Positions 9,313-16,522 of a stretch of 36,800 nt of DNA are shown in pieces. Below the pieces are notes generated by a model. It did no database searches, was not told the DNA's origin, and saw only the letters and a program-made list of their open reading frames with translations. The DNA lies in the IMG/VR virus record IMGVR_UViG_3300047308_000142, positions 1-36,800 of that record. One strand, 5' to 3'. The DNA comes from a virus (Duplodnaviria > Caudoviricetes). A program made the translations under genes and the position numbers. Position 1 is the stretch's first letter, and each line of letters starts with the position of its first letter.

Positions 9313-10728
9313 TTAGACAGTCCTTGAGAGTTTGACCTTGACCTGGCCGGCTGCAACTGCGGTCGTGTCTGAGTCAGCGACAGCGCCAGTAATGGCGATG
9401 CCTAAGCCCAAAGCGAATCGGTAGCCTTGGAATCCAGGGATAATCTGAGCCACTCCAGGAACGCCAGAAACAGCCGCAGGAACCGGGATAATCATCTCAG
9501 GCACGTCTGTGCCTACCGTTGGCGCGGTGGCCTTGTTGTATAGCTTAACGAACGCTGCAGTCGCGCCGATGTTGGTTGCGTACAGCGCTTGCAAGCCAGA
9601 CGTACCGGTGAGGATGAGAGCGCCGTTGGTGCTGGCCGCCGAGTTTACGAAGTAAGGCGTGGCAGGCACTGCTGGTGTGCCGGCGGTGGTAATCGTGGTT
9701 ACGCCGGTTACGGTGGTGATCGTCCCAGCTTCGACCAGAACAGGCAAACCATTGTTAGTCCTGATTTGCGGGCGCACGTTATTGAGCGCGACGTTGACCG
9801 ACTCGTAATTGGTAACGCCGACCATCCCGATGGTCCAGGTCGTAGTGCTGGCCGGAGCCACCGTGCCATTGGTGCATCGAATCTGCACAAACAACTCGGC
9901 ATCGTCGCGTGCGACGTTTACGATCCTGCTGGCTCTAAATGTCGTTTGAGTTGACGAGGCCACCAAAGCGTCAATAAACCCAGTAGCGCCGTCTTCTGTG
10001 GTCATAATCCCCATATGACCAGGCGATGCCGTCGTGTTAATCGTCGCAGCAGTGTCGCCAGACGCATAGCCATTTCGGCCGGCGTCATAGTTTGCGGTCG
10101 TTGCAGTCGCGCCGTTATAAACGGTGCGGTGGAAGTTCCAGCCGAAAAGCGAGCAAGTGCCAGTGCCGCTAGCAGGCCAGCCTGCGACCGTAAACGTGAC
10201 TGTCGAACCAGCTACCGATGCAATCGCATAGCGACCAGGGATGCCAGCCGCTCCGGTAATCGCGCCGATTGTGATCGACTGCCCGACGTTCTCGGACGAG
10301 AATTTATGATCAGGAATCGTAATCGTTACGCTGGTGGCTGAGTTGATCGTGTACTCCAGCCCATCGCCGATTACGTCAACCAACTCGAAAAAGAAGTTGT
10401 TATTGACAATCCGTTGGCTGAGAATCGTCTGCCAGCGAGCCACAAAGCTGCCAGAAAATGATTTAGTAGAGCGCAGCACCAGCTCAGCATTGGCCGTCGT
10501 GCCCGACGTGATGACAAGATTGCCGCCGGTCTGATTTCGTGCAATGCCGGTGCCTACCGGACCGATCTTCTGGAAGTAGTCAGGATCAACGCCGCCCGTG
10601 ATAGCCTTGGCGAAGGTCGTGCGGAACATGCACTGAGTGCGCGGTGTCATTACCTCGCCATAAGAACCGTTGCCGAGGTTTGCATTTTGGCGTTGAACGC
10701 CGTCTCTTGATTTGAAAAGATCAATCAT
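9313..10728 (-). CDS. Thr/Gly/Ala-rich beta-structured virion protein (fiber or decoration candidate)
   Basis: 471 aa with composition typical of fiber/decoration proteins; lies in the late operon between gp4 and gp10. Confidence 0.65.
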   Translation of the reverse strand: MIDLFKSRDGVQRQNANLGNGSYGEVMTPRTQCMFRTTFAKAITGGVDPDYFQKIGPVGTGIARNQTGGNLVITSGTTANAELVLRSTKSFSGSFVARWQTILSQRIVNNNFFFELVDVIGDGLEYTINSATSVTITIPDHKFSSENVGQSITIGAITGAAGIPGRYAIASVAGSTVTFTVAGWPASGTGTCSLFGWNFHRTVYNGATATTANYDAGRNGYASGDTAATINTTASPGHMGIMTTEDGATGFIDALVASSTQTTFRASRIVNVARDDAELFVQIRCTNGTVAPASTTTWTIGMVGVTNYESVNVALNNVRPQIRTNNGLPVLVEAGTITTVTGVTTITTAGTPAVPATPYFVNSAASTNGALILTGTSGLQALYATNIGATAAFVKLYNKATAPTVGTDVPEMIIPVPAAVSGVPGVAQIIPGFQGYRFALGLGIAITGAVADSDTTAVAAGQVKVKLSRTV

Positions 10729-10737
10729 TTTTATTCC

Positions 10738-11193
10738 TTAGCCGACTCGATACCAGACATTAGCCACGTCATCGAACCGTAGCCGGAAGAACCCATTAGC
10801 AGCCAACGAAGTGGGCGCGCCCGTAACCGTCGCCCCGTTACCGTTGATCGTCAAAGCCGCGACCGATTGCGTCGAATTAACGAGCAACTCTTGCTTATCC
10901 ACCGCACTTGCCACAGCTGGCAAAATGATCGTGCCTGCCGCGAATCCCCCGGTCGGTGTCAAAATCAGCCAAACGCTATTGCTAGCATTAGTGATCGTGA
11001 CCGAAAAGCCAGTCGCAGACGGCGCCGCGTATTGCGTGATCTTGTCATCAGCGACCGACGCGCCAGTAAGCATAAACGTCCGCAAGTTGCTTGCGCTAAC
11101 CTTGCGTGCGTCGCCATCAGTCGTCACAAACACCGGGAAAAGATCGCCCGACGATACGCTGTCAGTGGTCGATAATTGATTGATCGTTGGCAT
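10738..11193 (-). CDS. Putative structural protein (short fiber/adaptor-like)
   Basis: 151 aa; N-terminus MPTINQLSTTDSVSSGDLFPV resembles fiber attachment segments. Confidence 0.65.
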   Translation of the reverse strand: MPTINQLSTTDSVSSGDLFPVFVTTDGDARKVSASNLRTFMLTGASVADDKITQYAAPSATGFSVTITNASNSVWLILTPTGGFAAGTIILPAVASAVDKQELLVNSTQSVAALTINGNGATVTGAPTSLAANGFFRLRFDDVANVWYRVG

Positions 11194-11202
11194 GCTATGC
11201 CC

Positions 11203-11682
11203 TTATGTAAACTGTATAGGGCCATCAGACCCAGAGTCGATAGTAGTATCAGGCCCGTATATATACTGATTCTCAGACCGGTAAGTCTTATTGCCAGCCC
11301 CAGCCGGTAGAGAGCCTGGCAACTGCATCTCAATAGGTTGGCAGGCACGAGCCAATAGCGTGTTATACGCCATCTTTGCCGTGACCTTAGTCTCTGGCAT
11401 CAATTGCTTGCCGAGGCTCGGAGCGATGCGTATCGCCAGCCCTGTAATGATCGCTTCATTAGCAGAATCAGGGACCGTAGACTCTGCGTCTAGGTCGCTG
11501 CTTTCCGGGCTTCCAGGCAGCGGATAGCCGAGCCTTATGCCTTTAGCATTCCACTCGGCCATCATGGCGTCGAGGCGTCGCAATGCGCTCTCGAGTTGCT
11601 CAGGCGACAAGTCGAAAACGTAGGACGCGAGCCCGATTTCCTCGAATGCCGCCGTTACGAATTGCCGCTTTGAGTAGCCCAT
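11203..11682 (-). CDS. Head-to-tail adaptor, P22 gp4-like
   Basis: 159 aa; ALRRLDAMMAEW...GIRLGY, LAIRIAP and PGSLPAGAGN motifs. Confidence 0.88.
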   Translation of the reverse strand: MGYSKRQFVTAAFEEIGLASYVFDLSPEQLESALRRLDAMMAEWNAKGIRLGYPLPGSPESSDLDAESTVPDSANEAIITGLAIRIAPSLGKQLMPETKVTAKMAYNTLLARACQPIEMQLPGSLPAGAGNKTYRSENQYIYGPDTTIDSGSDGPIQFT

Positions 11683-11972
11683 TATTCGCCCAGAGCCTCG
11701 GAGATTAGCGCGCCCAATTTACGATCAGACGTGCGCCCGTCGAATTTTAACCCTAATTCAGTGGCTTTGGCTTCTAATTCTTCGCGCGTACGGCCTGCGT
11801 CGTCTGAAGGAATATCGCCATCGATAGCAGCTTGCAATGTCGAAGCAAACCCGTCTTTAATCAGGTCCTGCTCTGCTTGCTCATCGGCTGCGATTTCGTA
11901 GTCAAAAGTTACGCCATTGTTCCCTTGCGTCTTGCCGGGAACTTTGTACACCATCTTAGGATACTGACTCAT
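11682..11972 (-). CDS. Hypothetical protein downstream of coat gene (small C-terminal helical domain)
   Basis: 96 aa; YPKMVYK start and TREELEAKATELGLKFDGRTSD C-terminus, a type commonly seen after P22-like coat genes. Confidence 0.75.
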   Translation of the reverse strand: MSQYPKMVYKVPGKTQGNNGVTFDYEIAADEQAEQDLIKDGFASTLQAAIDGDIPSDDAGRTREELEAKATELGLKFDGRTSDRKLGALISEALGE

Positions 11973-12133
11973 TTTTTCTTAGGTGCCTTTCCTGGCTTGC
12001 CTGCCTTCATGGCTGCCGTTTTGGCAGTCGATAGCGCAATCGCAATCGCTTGCTTTTGTGGCTTGCCTGACTTCATTTCCTTGGAGATATTCGAGGAAAT
12101 GCTTTTCTGTGAATAACCTTTTTTCAGCGGCAT
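11969..12133 (-). CDS. Small basic protein (54 aa)
   Basis: Not in the ORF track. MPLKKGYSQKSISSNISKEMKSGKPQKQAIAIALSTAKTAAMKAGKPGKAPKKK, with AAGGGGG SD and ATGA overlap with the next gene. Confidence 0.8.
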   Translation of the reverse strand: MPLKKGYSQKSISSNISKEMKSGKPQKQAIAIALSTAKTAAMKAGKPGKAPKKK

Positions 12134-12144
12134 ATCGCCCCCTT

Positions 12145-12172
12145 AAAAGTCGGGGAGCCGAAGCCCCCCGAC
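12145..12172 (-). terminator. Rho-independent terminator after the coat gene
   Basis: Minus strand GTCGGGGGGC-TTCG-GCTCCCCGAC-TTTT: 10-bp GC-rich stem with C(UUCG)G tetraloop and a short U tract. Confidence 0.8.
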
Positions 12173-12181
12173 AGTTACAGC

Positions 12182-13483
12182 TTAGGTCTGACTAAACAGG
12201 ATGATGCCGCACATCTGCGGGTTCGTCATACCGACACCAAAGCGCGTGTCACAGCGATATTTGAAGGTCTTCGTGTTGATGTCGAAGAACTTATACATCG
12301 CCATTTGAACGCCGAGGTCGGTCGTGCCCTGGATCATTGCTGCACCAGCTTGCGCTGCGTCCTGGTCAAATCCATTGCGTCCGGGAAGCAGTTCGATTGC
12401 GCGCTCATCCCAGAACGGGGCCACGTTAGTCGAAACGGTATTCAAGAAAGTGATGGTGGCGCCGTTAGCAGGCGTGGCGGTCACGTTCTTGTACTCGAGC
12501 TCAGGCTGCGTGGGCGACGAATCAGCAGCGATGATCGGCGGGCTGATGGTGACCGTACCAGAGCCACCCGAACCGGACACAATCGAAGTGATCGTGAAGG
12601 TGCGAAGCTGGCCAGTATCGACTTTAGTGATTGCGTTGACAGCGTTAACGCCCGTGATGGTGAAGCGGTCACCGACCTTAACCGTGCCAGAGCTAACAGC
12701 GATAATCAGGCTCTGGTAGCGGTTGTCGACGTTTGCGGTTTCACCAGTAGCAGCCGTCGAAGTTGCCTTCGGCACATAGCGCTGGTTTGCGCCGTTGACG
12801 GTAACCGTCACGCCAGCAGCAGCGGTCAGGCGGTAGGTGTACTCAGCCGAGAATGTCTCAAGCCCAGCGATGCGGCCAACATAGCCATCTTCGTAGGCGC
12901 GATTGACTTTCGGGTTAGCCGAGGTCTGAGGCTTGGCAAGCGCGCCAGCCATTTGCGCATAGTCGCGGGTATGGATGAAACATGCACGCATTGCCGAATC
13001 GTCAACGATGCCCTGCTCTTCCATCAGCGCGTTGGCCAAAGAGATGTCATCGTAGCCAGACGCTGCCGAGGTACGCTTAACGACCAGAGTGCCCTGCACG
13101 CCGGCGACGTCAGCGATCGCGCGGTTGATGTCGGACGCCAGTTTCTGCTGCGCAGAACGCATTTTACGATCGCGCTGTTGCGGGTCGTTCAAGTCGTTCG
13201 TGGTCATCGTCCAAGGCACGGCCTTGTCATAGCCCAGGCTGATGGGCACGGCGAGCTGAGTAACATCAGCAAACGACGACGAGATGCTGGTGCCGGCAGG
13301 GCCATCGACCGAGGTCGAAATGTAAGGCATCGGGCGCCAGATTTGAGTGCCTTGCGAGCGCTCGAGCACCAGCGGGTCAGCGTTGTAGACGGTGACATTC
13401 TTACCAAATTTCAGCCGGTCATCGAATCCGGCGAGCAATTCGTCAAAAAAGACGGTTTCCTGTTTACTAAATGCGGTGGGCAT
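12182..13483 (-). CDS. Major capsid protein, P22 gp5-like
   Basis: 433 aa; AFSKQETVFFDELLAGF, IWRPMPY, AQQKLASDIN, VDNRYQ and C-terminal FGVGMTNPQMCGIIL; follows the scaffold gene. Confidence 0.92.
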   Translation of the reverse strand: MPTAFSKQETVFFDELLAGFDDRLKFGKNVTVYNADPLVLERSQGTQIWRPMPYISTSVDGPAGTSISSSFADVTQLAVPISLGYDKAVPWTMTTNDLNDPQQRDRKMRSAQQKLASDINRAIADVAGVQGTLVVKRTSAASGYDDISLANALMEEQGIVDDSAMRACFIHTRDYAQMAGALAKPQTSANPKVNRAYEDGYVGRIAGLETFSAEYTYRLTAAAGVTVTVNGANQRYVPKATSTAATGETANVDNRYQSLIIAVSSGTVKVGDRFTITGVNAVNAITKVDTGQLRTFTITSIVSGSGGSGTVTISPPIIAADSSPTQPELEYKNVTATPANGATITFLNTVSTNVAPFWDERAIELLPGRNGFDQDAAQAGAAMIQGTTDLGVQMAMYKFFDINTKTFKYRCDTRFGVGMTNPQMCGIILFSQT

Positions 13484-13491
13484 AAATATTC

Positions 13492-14349
13492 CTATTGTTT
13501 AGATTGCTGTTGCTTAATGTACCGGATGACCTTTGTACGGTCCCCAGTACGATCAGCTTCAGCGCGTAAGCGTTCGAGTGTAGAGTCAACGGCCCCAGAA
13601 ATCCTGCCGGTGCCGCTGACAGTCTTTTCTGGCGGTGGTGCTTGCTTTGAACGGTTGCTCACTTTCAATTCTTTCTCCAGTTTTGCTACCGCGAAAGCAA
13701 ACTTTACGGGGCTTTTAATTGCTGCGAGTTCCTTTGCCTTAGCCGGGTTCTTGCCGAGCGCATAGACTAAGAGCGCCGGATTGTCGGCCCCCTCGATAAG
13801 CACTCCCTGCTGAGTAACGTCTAAGAATTGCTGCACAGCCTCCTCAGCATCATCGTAATCGCGCACCCGTAATTCGGCCTTTGCTTTACCGTAGGCGTCT
13901 AATTTGGCCTTCCAGGTGCGCTCTTGCGCTTCCTGTTCTGACCTAACCTGAGCCTCTGCTGCATCAGCATCACGCTTGCGCTCATACCACTGAGCTAGCT
14001 CTACCTCAAACTTTTCCGAGTCGTAATCGCAACTGTCTAGCGTGGGCTTAACTCCAACCTGTACCGGCTTGGTCTCAGTACGTGCTGGCGCTTCTAGCTT
14101 AGCCTTTAGTTCCCGATTCTCTCGTTGCAGCTCGCGCTGCGTCCGACGTAACTCCCTTACCCATTTAGGCGCGGGTTTCTCTTCTTCGGTGGGCGGCGCT
14201 TCCTCACCAATCGAAACTACAACTTCGTTTTCTAGTTCGTCTTGATCTTGCTCATCTTCAGCCTCAATGGGCTGAGCTTCGTTTAGCTGATCTTCGACAA
14301 TCTCGACCTCGGGTTGCTGTTCCTTATCTGCCTGATTCTCATCCATCAA
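13492..14349 (-). CDS. Scaffolding protein
   Basis: Acidic N-terminus, coiled coil, KPTLDSCDYD motif and basic C-terminal helix; between portal and coat. The start may be ATG 14346. Confidence 0.82.
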   Translation of the reverse strand: MMDENQADKEQQPEVEIVEDQLNEAQPIEAEDEQDQDELENEVVVSIGEEAPPTEEEKPAPKWVRELRRTQRELQRENRELKAKLEAPARTETKPVQVGVKPTLDSCDYDSEKFEVELAQWYERKRDADAAEAQVRSEQEAQERTWKAKLDAYGKAKAELRVRDYDDAEEAVQQFLDVTQQGVLIEGADNPALLVYALGKNPAKAKELAAIKSPVKFAFAVAKLEKELKVSNRSKQAPPPEKTVSGTGRISGAVDSTLERLRAEADRTGDRTKVIRYIKQQQSKQ

Positions 14350-14393
14350 ATGCCCCTAATCTCACCCGTTGATGCGGCCGGGTGGGTGCCGCT

Positions 14394-16472
14394 TTATTGC
14401 ATAGGCGGAGTGATCTCTGGCTGCTGGATCTGCTCAGGCTGGCCCAGTCCGCCACCAATTGTTTGCATCATGCGTAGTGCCTGATCCTGTGCGCTCATAT
14501 CTACGCCCGCCATCGTCTCGATAGTCTTGGCGCGTGCGAGCTCAGAATCGGCCACCGTCTTAATCACATCGGCGCGGGCCTTCGTGGCCTTAGCCATCGC
14601 CTCTTCGGCCGCAGCTTGCAAGAACATCGCATTCGGGTCTGGCTGCTGATTCTGTGCGGCCATCTGCATCTGCGCTGCTTCCTCGTCGGTCGGCTTAATG
14701 ACCCCGATCTGCACCAGGCGCTTGCGGAAGAAGTCGCGAACGTCCTCGATGCCCTCGCCTTCCATGTTGAGCATGGCCATACCGGTTAGCACCTGGCGCG
14801 TCTCAGGATCGTCGCTGATCTGAATCATATTGATAAGCGAACGCAGCGTAGCCTGGCGCTTACTGCGCGATGTCGGGCCAATAGACGACACCACATCAAA
14901 CGAGGCTTTGCCAATGTCGTTTTCGTACTCGATCTCGCCGGTCTCGCCGTTGATAGTCGGCTTCATGATCTGCACCGACTCGACCTGCTCTTGGTCGCCA
15001 ATGGCCTTCATCTTGCGACCTTCCTCGACGTACACGTCCTTAGCCATCGACAGCCATACCTCGCCGGTGCGCTGCACTAGCTTGGCCTGGTTGCTCATAT
15101 AGATAAAGGCTTGAGCGTCGATCCGTTCCTGGATCATCTCAACGGCTTTGCCGCTGATGTTGCTGACCATCTTCTCGGCTTGCTGCTGATTGCCGAGAAT
15201 GTCCGCCATATCCTGTTCGGTAAGCTGCAACAGCGCGGCCATGGCGGGCGGAACTTGAGGCGGCTTGGTGTAAGCAACTGGTCCGCCGGCCTGCATCGAT
15301 CCATCTGGGCCGGTGATCGGATTGGCGAGCAGGTACGGATAATCTTTCAGATTGTCCTGCGCCCACATCATCTCGTGACCGGTGATCTGCTCAGGAGCGA
15401 AGATAGGCTTCTCGACACTCGACAACGCACTGATCTCGCCGAGCTTGGAGAGCTGCATATTCTTGAGGCGCTGTGCATCTTTAGCCAGACGCACGTGACC
15501 CATGCACCGTTCGACGTTATCGACAAACCAGCGTTTGCCGTAGACAGGAACGATCGGGATGCACTTGCCAGCAATGTAGCCCAAGTCCTCAAGAACCTTC
15601 GATCCGCTCATGATGTACTTACGTACGCGCTTACGCTTAACCCGCTTTTGGCGAATCTCACGATAGCCGGTGTCGAGTAGCTCCTGCTCGAGATCCTCGT
15701 TGCGTTCGAAGTCTGCGTCTGAGTGCTTAACCTCGGAGCCATCAACGCCTTGATAGGTGCGGATCGTATCGCGCACTTCCTCGATTCGGTAGTGCTCGCA
15801 AACGTAGACAACCTCAGGAGTTGCCCAGTCGAATTCGAGTTGGTTCACCGACTTAGGCCAGCTCGACGGATCGTCGCCGTACTCTTCTTTATAAGCAGCA
15901 CGCGACATGGCCGTGAGCACATAGCAATGCTTAGCGTCTGACTTATCCTGGCGCTTGGCGTTTAGGTCGAAGAAAACGGACGAATCAGCATCAAAGATAG
16001 GCTCGATGCGAATGCGTTGGTATTCGTTTTCGTCGTCCTCTTCATCTTCGTACACGGTACGAAGGCGCACGGCACCGAACCCACCCCCGACGGCTTCCTC
16101 GAAAGCATTGTCGAATGCTTCCTCAGCGCCAGAGTCCTGCACGTCGGCCCGATAGAGCTTGTTGCACAGATCGGACGTTTCGTCGTTGTCCGAGCCGTCC
16201 TTACTAATGAAATCGACGGCGATACGATTGTTGCGGTACTCGTTAATGATACGAATGACCGCAAGGTGTACTTTATTGACCTCGAAGCGTGGCTTGTTCT
16301 CGAATTGCTCGCCAAGCCGGCCTTCCCACTGGGCGCCAGAGATAGAGTAAAACCGCCGATCTTGCAGGCATTGCATGCGCTCATCGCGCACCGCTCCCTG
16401 GATATTGTCGAATTCCGCCATCGCTTCCGCGTGGACGTTTGCTAAATGTTGCTCTTTTGAAATGCGCGCCAT
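14394..16472 (-). CDS. Portal protein, P22 gp1-like
   Basis: 692 aa; GAQW...KPRFEVNKV, GGFGAVR, IPIVPVYGKRWFVD, GHVRLAKDAQRLKN and SNISGKAV motifs; Q-rich C-terminal barrel. Confidence 0.93.
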   Translation of the reverse strand: MARISKEQHLANVHAEAMAEFDNIQGAVRDERMQCLQDRRFYSISGAQWEGRLGEQFENKPRFEVNKVHLAVIRIINEYRNNRIAVDFISKDGSDNDETSDLCNKLYRADVQDSGAEEAFDNAFEEAVGGGFGAVRLRTVYEDEEDDENEYQRIRIEPIFDADSSVFFDLNAKRQDKSDAKHCYVLTAMSRAAYKEEYGDDPSSWPKSVNQLEFDWATPEVVYVCEHYRIEEVRDTIRTYQGVDGSEVKHSDADFERNEDLEQELLDTGYREIRQKRVKRKRVRKYIMSGSKVLEDLGYIAGKCIPIVPVYGKRWFVDNVERCMGHVRLAKDAQRLKNMQLSKLGEISALSSVEKPIFAPEQITGHEMMWAQDNLKDYPYLLANPITGPDGSMQAGGPVAYTKPPQVPPAMAALLQLTEQDMADILGNQQQAEKMVSNISGKAVEMIQERIDAQAFIYMSNQAKLVQRTGEVWLSMAKDVYVEEGRKMKAIGDQEQVESVQIMKPTINGETGEIEYENDIGKASFDVVSSIGPTSRSKRQATLRSLINMIQISDDPETRQVLTGMAMLNMEGEGIEDVRDFFRKRLVQIGVIKPTDEEAAQMQMAAQNQQPDPNAMFLQAAAEEAMAKATKARADVIKTVADSELARAKTIETMAGVDMSAQDQALRMMQTIGGGLGQPEQIQQPEITPPMQ

Positions 16473-16522
16473 TTACCCCGCCTTTCGCGCGAGGCTATCA
16501 CTAATGATACGAAAAGCGCAAG

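Noticed and set aside
12305-13765. 486-aa plus-strand ORF antisense to the coat and scaffold genes
   Set aside because: No recognisable motif. It runs in the codon-aligned antisense frame, which stays open in GC-rich, codon-biased genes, unlike the HNH ORF with its clear motifs and SD.
14350-14396. Pseudoknot-stimulated portal-scaffold read-through fusion
   Set aside because: The two genes are in different frames, there is no slippery heptamer, and the structure starts only 1 nt after the stop.
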